The notes below the pieces were generated by a model, which saw only the letters and a list, made by a program, of their open reading frames with translations, was not told where the DNA came from and made no database searches. A program made the translations under genes and the position numbers. From NCBI GenBank assembly GCA_018238625.1, contig JABCSY010000106.1, positions 1 through 13,958 on the forward strand: a stretch of 13,958 nucleotides of DNA. Direction: 5' to 3'. This DNA comes from Promethearchaeota archaeon. Its GTDB lineage: Archaea; Asgardarchaeota; Lokiarchaeia; Sigyniarchaeales; SOKP01. This document shows positions 1 through 7,094 of this stretch, one piece after another. Each line of letters starts with the position of its first letter. The stretch's first letter is position 1.

Positions 1-1
1 T

Positions 2-586
2 AATTTTTTGCTGATGCCTTTCAATGTGCTATTACCTTATATAATAGAAGCACCTCATATTCACGCGGGATCAGCTTCAGATTTTGCGTTTATAATGGTT
101 TTTCTCCATGTTGGCATGGTGTTGGGAGCGTTACTCACCAGCGTAAAAAAAGAGTGGAAACATAAGATATTTACTTACTTTGGTGGTTTGGTGGTGTTAA
201 CGGGATTACTTTCAGTATTTGCTTTCGCACCTAATGGTTTTTTCCTAATGATGGGAGTCGCAACATTTGTAGTAGGCTTTTTACTACCCATTGGTAATAC
301 AATATACATGACAGTTATACAAACAATTGTTCCACACGATAAAATGGGTAGAGTGAGTTCTATAGATCACTCAATCTCAGCAATGATATCTCCTTTTGGT
401 GCTTTAATTGCGGGACCTTTAGCTGAAGCCATAGGCGCTAGGATAGTGTTCCTTTTAGCTTCGATAATAGGGGTAGTAGCTACAGCTTACACATGGCGCG
501 TAATGAAAGTTAAAAAGATTGATTACAACGATAAAGCTACTCTTGATGAAGTTGCTGAAAAAATTAACAATATCAATGGTGAATAA
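2..586 (+). CDS. MFS transporter (DHA3/MefA-like), C-terminal half; 5' end lies outside the window
   Basis: The frame is open from base 2 (NFLLMPFNVLLPY), which aligns with NFLIRPMDTLMPY of the downstream MFS. It has about six hydrophobic segments. QTIVPHDKMGRVSSIDHS matches QTVVPPDKIGRVTSMDHS in the neighbouring gene. Confidence 0.9.
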   Translation, partial: NFLLMPFNVLLPYIIEAPHIHAGSASDFAFIMVFLHVGMVLGALLTSVKKEWKHKIFTYFGGLVVLTGLLSVFAFAPNGFFLMMGVATFVVGFLLPIGNTIYMTVIQTIVPHDKMGRVSSIDHSISAMISPFGALIAGPLAEAIGARIVFLLASIIGVVATAYTWRVMKVKKIDYNDKATLDEVAEKINNINGE

Positions 587-587
587 G

Positions 588-653
588 ATGGAAGTAATAC
601 CAACTAAGACAACCATTACTCTAATTGAAAGAACATTGAAAGAAGAAATGTAG
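588..653 (+). CDS. Possible 21-aa small ORF (MEVIPTKTTITLIERTLKEEM)
   Basis: ATG at 588 lies 1 nt after the MFS stop and is preceded by GGTGA at 578-582; the stop is TAG at 651-653. No homology evidence. Confidence 0.2.
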   Translation: MEVIPTKTTITLIERTLKEEM

Positions 654-680
654 AAAAAATATAAAAAAAATGTAGAAAAA
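624..680 (+). repeat. Short direct repeats in a purine-rich intergenic tract
   Basis: ATTGAAAGAA occurs at 624-633 and 635-644. AAATGTAGAAAAA occurs at 646-658 and 668-680. An almost purely A/G run follows to about 720. Confidence 0.6.
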
Positions 681-714
681 TAAAAAAGAGAAAGAAAGGA
701 AAAAAAAAGTAAAA

Positions 715-719
715 GGTGA
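715..719 (+). promoter_or_regulatory. Archaeal-type Shine-Dalgarno (GGTGA) for the MFS at 729
   Basis: AAGGTGAAG, with GGTGA ending 9 nt upstream of ATG 729. Confidence 0.6.
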
Positions 720-728
720 AGATTAAAA

Positions 729-2015
729 ATGGAAGAATTAGCAAATCAAGCAAACCAAAAAACTTTTAGAAGTTATTTGATGTTTTGGTCGGGCCAATTA
801 TTTTCTTTGTTTGGCTCGATGGTCGTTTATTTTGTAATTATATGGTGGATTACGGAGGAAACTCAGAGTCCCATGTACCTGGCAATCGCTTCATTTTTGT
901 TTATAATTTGTCAAGTAATCGTTCTGCCAATTGCAGGGGTACTTGCTGACAGATTGAATAGAAAAGTAATAATTCTCGTTGCGGACTCGTTGCAAGCAGT
1001 TTCCACTCTCATTTTGCTCGTTTTATTTCAGTTGAATCTGGCAAATATATGGATTGTCTTTATCTTTATTAGTATCCGTAGCGTATTTCAAGCGTTTCAT
1101 TTACCAACGGTGAATTCTATTATACCAATTATGGTTCCAAAAGAAAGTTTATCTAGAATTAACGGAATCAATTTTTTATTTACGGGAGTCGTACAGATTC
1201 TAGCCCCATTAATAGGAGCAACTCTTATGATCTTTCTACCGATAAATACAATTTTGTGGGTTGATCTTATAACATTTTGCATAGCTGTAATCCCATTAAT
1301 ACTCATTGAGATTCCATCAGTTAGGAATCCTAAGGAAGCGGTTGAAAAAAATTCATTTATTAAGGAATTTAAACTTGGAATTAAAACCATTAAGGTTATC
1401 CCTGGATTAATCACAGTAATTTTCTATTCAATGTTGCTTAATTTTCTAATAAGGCCAATGGATACTTTGATGCCATATTATATTAACGTCATTCATGGCG
1501 GTTCTGCGACGCATTTAGCAATAGTTTTTGTATTTTTTCAAGGTGGTATGATTGGTGGCGCTCTTATTACTTCAATAAAGAAAACTTGGAATAATAAACT
1601 AAAAGTCATATTTGGTAGTGTTATTATTACTATGATTGGATATGCGATAATGGCTGTTGCTCCTGCGGGAGAATTCTTAATAATAGGTATAGGTGGTGTT
1701 ACGATGGGTTTAACCTTGCCAATTATAAATTCTTTGTACCAAACAATTATGCAAACAGTTGTACCTCCGGATAAGATAGGTCGGGTTACTTCCATGGATC
1801 ATTCATTATCTATGTCAATCTCTCCAATTGGGACATTAATTTCAGGACCATTGGCGGAAATGTTAGGCGTTGGAAATTTGTTCTTATATTGTGCCTTGCT
1901 CGGGATAATCGTAACCGTTTCAGTCTGGAGTTTTACAAGCATTAGAACCGTAAACTATGAGACAAAAAGCGAATTAGATGTAATTACTGATAAGATAAAT
2001 AGTATAAAAATTTAA
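729..2015 (+). CDS. MFS transporter, DHA3/MefA-like efflux family, about 12 TM
   Basis: 428 aa with about 12 hydrophobic segments. It has the N-terminal FWSGQLFSLFGS, MFS motif A (GVLADRLNRK), and a repeat-half motif VPPDKIGRV. Confidence 0.93.
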   Translation: MEELANQANQKTFRSYLMFWSGQLFSLFGSMVVYFVIIWWITEETQSPMYLAIASFLFIICQVIVLPIAGVLADRLNRKVIILVADSLQAVSTLILLVLFQLNLANIWIVFIFISIRSVFQAFHLPTVNSIIPIMVPKESLSRINGINFLFTGVVQILAPLIGATLMIFLPINTILWVDLITFCIAVIPLILIEIPSVRNPKEAVEKNSFIKEFKLGIKTIKVIPGLITVIFYSMLLNFLIRPMDTLMPYYINVIHGGSATHLAIVFVFFQGGMIGGALITSIKKTWNNKLKVIFGSVIITMIGYAIMAVAPAGEFLIIGIGGVTMGLTLPIINSLYQTIMQTVVPPDKIGRVTSMDHSLSMSISPIGTLISGPLAEMLGVGNLFLYCALLGIIVTVSVWSFTSIRTVNYETKSELDVITDKINSIKI

Positions 2016-2029
2016 TTTTTTTTTCTCTT
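2016..2029 (+). terminator. Oligo-T archaeal-type terminator between the convergent MFS and SDR genes
   Basis: T9 (2016-2024) followed by CTCTT sits immediately after the MFS TAA stop. Confidence 0.5.
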
Positions 2030-2833
2030 TCAGAAAGGACTTTTTACGAATCCTCCATCCACTTGGATGACGGTACCAGTTATATAGCTAGCTTTTTCAG
2101 AGGCTAAAAATACTATTAAGTTAGCTAATTCCTCAGGCTTTCCTAATCTTCCTAAAGGGATTTGATTGGTCCACGCTTTTTTAACTTCTTCTTCGGATTT
2201 ACCCGTTTGTGTGACTGTTGTATTAATTAATTCTTTCATTCTATTTGTAAGCGTCGGACCAGGGCACACAACGTTGACTAATATGTTGTCTTTAGCGTAC
2301 TCGTTTGCTAGCGTTTTTGCAAAACCCACAACTCCAAGACGAATGGTGTTTGATAAGACTAAATTATCTAAGGGTTGTTTCACCGAAACTGAAGTAATCG
2401 CAATTATCCTTCCAAACTTTTGCTGTTGCATGATTGGTACAACCAATTCAGAAGCTCTTACGAAGGAAAGAAGATTTAAATTAATCGAATTTTGCCAATC
2501 GCCTTTACTAATCTTATTGATTGGTGCCGAGGGTGGTCCACCGGCGTTATGAACCAGTATATCTATTCTTCCAAATTTCTTTACGGTCTCGTCTACTAAG
2601 GATTTAATTTGAGCCTCCTCATTTAAATCCGAAACTAAAGAAATTATTTTATTATTTGAATTTTTAGGCTTATACTTGCCAATTTCTTCTTTAGCTCGCT
2701 CGAGATTCTCCATAGAGCGACTACTAATTATTACATTTGCTCCTTCGCTATAAAATACCTTAGCACAGGCTAAGCCAAGTCCTTTACTTGAAGCTAAAAT
2801 TAAAGCAACTTTTCCATTTAAACCTAAATTCAT
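2030..2833 (-). CDS. Short-chain dehydrogenase/reductase, atypical 3-oxoacyl-ACP reductase-like subfamily
   Basis: Rossmann motif KVALILASSKGLG plus GRIDILVHNAGGPP, VNVVCPG and IPLGRLGKPEE...ASYITG...VDGG. The catalytic YxxxK is replaced by SNTIR. SD AGGTG at 2843-2847. Confidence 0.93.
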   Translation of the reverse strand: MNLGLNGKVALILASSKGLGLACAKVFYSEGANVIISSRSMENLERAKEEIGKYKPKNSNNKIISLVSDLNEEAQIKSLVDETVKKFGRIDILVHNAGGPPSAPINKISKGDWQNSINLNLLSFVRASELVVPIMQQQKFGRIIAITSVSVKQPLDNLVLSNTIRLGVVGFAKTLANEYAKDNILVNVVCPGPTLTNRMKELINTTVTQTGKSEEEVKKAWTNQIPLGRLGKPEELANLIVFLASEKASYITGTVIQVDGGFVKSPF

Positions 2834-2866
2834 ATTTTATTACACCTAAAATTCTTGTTCCTTGTT

Positions 2867-3037
2867 TTAATTTATTTTTTTAGAGTCGTTAATATAAATG
2901 CGACATTTTTTATAAAAATCATCGCATCTCCTGCAATTTTCTGCTTGGCTGCAATTTTCAGAGAGGGGGCACATAATTTCTTTATGCCCAAGAGTTATTT
3001 TGACTCTGTGTAATCTTTTTTCAATTTCGAATCTCAT
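2867..3037 (-). CDS. 56-aa Cys-rich putative metal-binding small protein (not in the ORF track)
   Basis: Manual translation gives MRFEIEKRLHRVKITLGHKEIMCPLSENCSQAENCRRCDDFYKKCRIYINDSKKIN*, with the pattern C-x5-C-x5-C-x2-C-x6-C. It fills the gap between two same-strand genes and is less AT-rich than its flanks. Confidence 0.65.
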   Translation of the reverse strand: MRFEIEKRLHRVKITLGHKEIMCPLSENCSQAENCRRCDDFYKKCRIYINDSKKIN

Positions 3038-3177
3038 AATTTTTTTTCATTATTAACTAACTTGCTCTGACAATGCAAATTCAAGATTAAATAAGTTAAT
3101 TATGTAATAAATAAGTTTAAGAAAAATATAATTCAACACAAATAATGTGGCAATAAGGAGTTGAAAAAATGTTAAAA

Positions 3178-3633
3178 TTAATCTGGAGTGAGTTCGTCCA
3201 AGTCGCTTAAATCCAGTCCAGAGTCGAAGGATTCAGGTATATCTGATAAAAATTCGTCTAAAATTTCCTTTAATTCGTCTCCTGAACGCTTAAGTATTAA
3301 TCGAATTAAACCAATATTTATGTCAGGATCTGAAATAAGAGTTAGTACGCCTTTTGGACCACAACTTGAGGCGAAAATTTTACCCCCGAGAAATTCGCTC
3401 GTAACAATCTCCAAACCGCCTAATTCCAGGTTCTTACCTTGTTCCTCTGACGCGCAGAAAACCGCTGAAGCTATTGCGCCAATCCCGTCGACATCAGCTG
3501 GAAAATAGGAAAACTTCGAAACGCTCGCAATTGTTAAACCAGTTCTATCAACCAAAATTACCTTCTTGATTCCGCTCTCGGACTTTATAATCTTCGAAAG
3601 AATATTATCAAAACTTTTTGTATCAATTGACAA
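3178..3633 (-). CDS. Roadblock/LC7 (MglB/LAMTOR-like) domain protein with an acidic C-terminal tail
   Basis: Roadblock pattern: helix, GIKKVILVDRTGLTIAS, DGIGAIASAVF helix, LEIVTSEFLGGKIFASSCG, VLTLIS, NIGLIRLILKR. TTG start with GGTG at 3640-3643. Confidence 0.9.
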   Translation of the reverse strand: MSIDTKSFDNILSKIIKSESGIKKVILVDRTGLTIASVSKFSYFPADVDGIGAIASAVFCASEEQGKNLELGGLEIVTSEFLGGKIFASSCGPKGVLTLISDPDINIGLIRLILKRSGDELKEILDEFLSDIPESFDSGLDLSDLDELTPD

Positions 3634-3803
3634 TTACTACACCACTCTTATTTTAATAACTTAACTTATAATTATATTAGATTTTTAGATTTAAATTTGT
3701 TATTATTATAAAAAAAGTATATGTTTATAAAAATATGCTTTTCCTAGTCGTTTTCAAATTAGGCAAGGGAAAAGTAGGAAAAGTAATTAAGCGTAGAAAA
3801 TCA

Positions 3804-5021
3804 TTATAGGAGATTATTTTCTTTAACAATTTTTTTATAATGATCTCTTTCTCGTCTTAATACTTTGACTTCCTTTTTAAGATCTAACGATTGATCTTTT
3901 AACTTCTTTTTTTCTTCATCTCCACTTGAGATTTTAGATTTAAGGTTTTTGGCGTCAAGTTTTAAATTTGTTATCGTGTCAATATGGAGTGCAATTTGGT
4001 TTTGGGATTTCTCAACTTCGTTTTTTGAATTTTTAATTTCTTTTTCTAGGCTTTCTACTTCAGAATTTAAACTAACGTTAATAGTTATTAAATCTTCTTT
4101 TTCTCGAATCATTACTTCGGCTTTTTCATCAAATTCATCTACACTTGTCAATTTTATCGAAAGCTCTTCGATTTTCCTCTCTTTTTCCTTTAAGAAGTCA
4201 TCCCTTTCAATTATTTTCTGATTTAAATTTTTTACATCGTTCATTAATTTCGCGTTGTTTTCGTTAAGATCCGCCATTTGCTGGCTCCATTTCTCAAGTT
4301 TTATGTATTGTTCGCTTATTTCCTCTTTGAGAGCTTGAATCTCCTCGATTTTTGTTGTATTCTCCGATGTAAGTTCGGTAAACTTTCTAGTTAATTCTCT
4401 AATTTTACTCTTTTTTTCCTCTATAAGACTTTGAAATTCTGTAATTTCACTTTTTAAATCTTCGTTTTCTTGCAGAAAATCTGCATTACTAACCTCGCTC
4501 ATCTGTTCTTCAACCATTTCACTCTTGACATCTTCAATCTCTTCAGTATCTTTTTTTTCATCTTCTTTTTTAACAACAATTACGCTTGTTTCTCCCTCAA
4601 TGATTTCTTCCCAGTAGGAAGTTAATTCTTCCTTCTTTAACATTTCATAATATTGACCTAAAATATCGTCGAAATTCAGCGCTTCCCTTTTCGGTAATAA
4701 TTCGTGAGCAATTCGTCGCATCATTCCTTCAAACTCGTTAGAAAGAACATCATCTTGAGATAAGAAAATGATTATCGAGAAATTAGGTTTTCCCACATAG
4801 TGTCTAAATGAAAATCCCGAATAGAAACTTGCTACGCTAATCTCGTCGTCTAATTTCATTTCGATGTAATTAGGTTCCATCTTTTTGTTCAGGTGGTGTT
4901 CGATTAAATCTTTTAAGAGATTTGGGGTCACTCCTAAGAATTCACATATATTAATTGGGAATTGCGTATCTATATGTGTTTCAGAATTTTCTTCAAACCC
5001 TACAATTATAATACCTTTCAA
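3804..5021 (-). CDS. N-terminal longin/uDENN-like domain fused to a long coiled coil
   Basis: aa 1-130 form an alpha/beta domain starting MKGIIIVGFEENSETHIDTQFP, which parallels MAIGIALFGWDKKIGSVIEVKYP at 5774. An acidic linker follows. aa ~180-405 are an E/K/L-rich heptad coiled coil. TTG start. Confidence 0.7.
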   Translation of the reverse strand: MKGIIIVGFEENSETHIDTQFPINICEFLGVTPNLLKDLIEHHLNKKMEPNYIEMKLDDEISVASFYSGFSFRHYVGKPNFSIIIFLSQDDVLSNEFEGMMRRIAHELLPKREALNFDDILGQYYEMLKKEELTSYWEEIIEGETSVIVVKKEDEKKDTEEIEDVKSEMVEEQMSEVSNADFLQENEDLKSEITEFQSLIEEKKSKIRELTRKFTELTSENTTKIEEIQALKEEISEQYIKLEKWSQQMADLNENNAKLMNDVKNLNQKIIERDDFLKEKERKIEELSIKLTSVDEFDEKAEVMIREKEDLITINVSLNSEVESLEKEIKNSKNEVEKSQNQIALHIDTITNLKLDAKNLKSKISSGDEEKKKLKDQSLDLKKEVKVLRRERDHYKKIVKENNLL

Positions 5022-5225
5022 TATTCTACAACTTCACAATTTAAATTTAAAAAATTTATTTCTCCAAAACAAATCACACGTTTCATTAAAGAATAATGTT
5101 TTGCGCTTTATCTATATTTCAATCTAAATTTAGTTTTTGTAAACAATTTAAACAATAAGAAGTAATTTATTTCTTTAAACATCTTTTTTTCCGATTAAGC
5201 AATAAATAGGGCAAAAATTAGGTAT

Positions 5226-5591
5226 TTATTGCAGTAGTTTTTTTACTAATTCTCTGAATTCTTGCACTTTAATTGGTTTAGAAATGTATTGTTCGAAGCC
5301 AGCAGCTAATATCCTTTCTTTATCTCCCTTCATGGCAAAAGAAGTAACCGCAATAAATGGAATATCTTTGAATTTATCTAATTTTTTTAATTCTGAGCAA
5401 ATTTCTATTCCATTCATTTCAGGTAATTGAATATCCAGAATAACTAAATTGGGATTGCTGGATTTAATTAGCTCAAATCCTAAATCTCCCCGAGTTTCCT
5501 CAAAAATCTCGATATCTGGAATCAATTTTAAAATCGCCCTAAATAATTTCATATTTTTTTCGTTATCCTCTACAACATAAACACTTTTCAT
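5226..5591 (-). CDS. Stand-alone response regulator receiver, DivK-like (121 aa)
   Basis: VVEDNEKNMKLF, ILD53IQLPEMNG, AVT83SFAMKGD and YISK105P are present, with no output domain. ATG 5591 is preferred to the ORF-track start 5618 because GAGGT lies at 5596-5600. Confidence 0.95.
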   Translation of the reverse strand: MKSVYVVEDNEKNMKLFRAILKLIPDIEIFEETRGDLGFELIKSSNPNLVILDIQLPEMNGIEICSELKKLDKFKDIPFIAVTSFAMKGDKERILAAGFEQYISKPIKVQEFRELVKKLLQ

Positions 5592-5695
5592 AAGGACCTC
5601 ACTTTTTCGAAGACACAATTATTTATTTTAGTAAATGTAAAGAGTTTTTAATCTAATATATCCTCTTTATTTAGATATGTTTATATGTATCATTT

Positions 5696-5703
5696 TTTAT
5701 AAA
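5696..5703. promoter_or_regulatory. Candidate palindromic TATA box (TTTATAAA) in the divergent receiver / GTPase intergenic region
   Basis: TTTATAAA reads the same on both strands and lies between divergent starts at 5591 and 5774. The region is very AT-rich, so a chance match is possible. Confidence 0.3.
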
Positions 5704-5773
5704 TTATTTAAATTTGCTTCTTTACAAAAATACAAAAATCAACATTAGAATAAATTAGAACAAGGCTTTTAAT

Positions 5774-7090
5774 ATGGCTATTGGAATTGCTCTATTTGGT
5801 TGGGATAAAAAAATTGGTTCTGTGATTGAGGTTAAATATCCTAAAAGCCTCGATTTAACCGCGGATCTAATAAACAAAATCTATATGACTTTTGCGTATA
5901 GCGAAGACTTTGATAAAGAAGAATTAATTGAGACTAGCTATAAAGAGCAGACAATTCTATCTTATTGCGATAAAACCAGAGTAGCTAAAGTAGGATATGA
6001 AATCGTAACCCTTATTTTGGAAGAAAAAGAGAATGTAAATATTTTCAAGATAAAAAAACAGTTATTAGAATTTGGGAAAAATACATTTAAAAAAGAAAAA
6101 AGCGAGCGTAATCAATTTTTTCTCGATAACGTTGGAATCTTTTTTGAAACAAGTTCAGCAAAGAAAATCTTATTATTGGGGCGAGCTGGTACTGGTAAAA
6201 CAAGTATTAAAAAGATTATATTTGAAGGTGTGGATCCGAAAGATTTGCTATATAACCCTCTTGAGCCAACACGGGGTATAACACCTTCTGTTTATTCATG
6301 GTTAGATTTAAAACTAGGTTTATTTGATTCTTCAGGGCAAGAATTAAGCTTTTTATTAGAAAACGAAGAAGATCGCGAACATATTTTAGCTTTTGATAAT
6401 ACAGATTATATCGTTTATTTATTTGATTACCCAGGCTGGATTTCACAATCTCAAGACCTTGTTACCGAAATTCAAAAAATTCAAAAAATACTTAAAAAAA
6501 ATTCTTATAGCACAAAGCTATTGCTATTCTTTCATAAAATTGATTTAATTGGAAAAGATATTGATAATAAAATTATAGATGAAATTTCAGCTAACATAAA
6601 AAAACATTTTGATATCCCGCTATACTTTACAAGCATACATCCCGATTTGATTTATAGTTTATACAATGCTTTTTATGAAATCTTAAGTATATCGTCTAAT
6701 GAAAATATCAAATTAAAAGAAATTTTAGAGAGTGAAATTAAATATTTTCAAAAAACAATGTTTTTTATTACAAATACGCATAATAGTATTGTCGTTCAAG
6801 TTATGTCGAAAGATTTTAACACGACAATTATAAATCATACACATAAACTTGTGGCGCAGTTAAATCAAACTTTTGAAGATATGACAAAAAGCGGAAACAT
6901 AGATCATCTTATACTTTCGAGTTATGATAATCTAAATATTATTATGAACAATACTAACTTGCCTAAATTTAGTCTTAAATATTTAATTTGCATTTCAGAA
7001 ACAGCGACAGCAAACAAATTGATTTGGTTAGTTGGTCAAATAAGAAGCAAACTTAAGGATCTTTATTATTTTAATAAATCAAACAAATAA
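5774..7090 (+). CDS. Rag/Gtr-like small GTPase with an N-terminal uDENN/longin-like domain and a C-terminal roadblock-like domain
   Basis: G1 GRAGTGKTS, G2 LEPTRG, G3 DSSGQ, G4 HKID and G5 TSI; HKxD and TSI are Rag/Gtr-type. The N-terminal 125 aa carry the WD-x3-G-x6-YP hairpin typical of uDENN longins. The C-terminal ~130 aa show a helix-strands-helix-strands-helix pattern like the Rag roadblock domain. Confidence 0.85.
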   Translation: MAIGIALFGWDKKIGSVIEVKYPKSLDLTADLINKIYMTFAYSEDFDKEELIETSYKEQTILSYCDKTRVAKVGYEIVTLILEEKENVNIFKIKKQLLEFGKNTFKKEKSERNQFFLDNVGIFFETSSAKKILLLGRAGTGKTSIKKIIFEGVDPKDLLYNPLEPTRGITPSVYSWLDLKLGLFDSSGQELSFLLENEEDREHILAFDNTDYIVYLFDYPGWISQSQDLVTEIQKIQKILKKNSYSTKLLLFFHKIDLIGKDIDNKIIDEISANIKKHFDIPLYFTSIHPDLIYSLYNAFYEILSISSNENIKLKEILESEIKYFQKTMFFITNTHNSIVVQVMSKDFNTTIINHTHKLVAQLNQTFEDMTKSGNIDHLILSSYDNLNIIMNNTNLPKFSLKYLICISETATANKLIWLVGQIRSKLKDLYYFNKSNK

Positions 7091-7094
7091 TAAA

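Noticed and set aside
624-644. Two copies of ATTGAAAG, the typical 3' end of many archaeal CRISPR repeats
   Set aside because: The copies start only 11 nt apart. There are no 25-40 nt repeats, no spacers and no cas genes.
1097-1795. Minus-strand ORFs 1097-1414 and 1538-1795
   Set aside because: They are antisense shadows of the well-supported MFS gene and have no motifs.
3804-5021. SMC/Rad50, myosin or chromosome-segregation annotation for the coiled-coil protein
   Set aside because: It has no Walker A/B, hinge or zinc-hook motif; any similarity would be generic coiled-coil composition.
2166-5127. Plus-strand ORFs 2166-2552, 3188-3508, 3949-4221 and 4885-5127
   Set aside because: They are antisense to the SDR, roadblock and coiled-coil genes. 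Their S/F/L/I-rich composition is what reverse-read E/K/D-rich codons produce.
5592-5618. N-terminal extension MCLRKSEVL of the receiver (TTG start in the ORF track)
   Set aside because: The receiver fold begins at MKSVYVVED, and a GAGGT SD sits directly before ATG 5591.
5723-5760. Short repeats TACAAAAA x2 and ATTAGAA x2 upstream of the GTPase pair
   Set aside because: They are too short and A-rich to distinguish from background.
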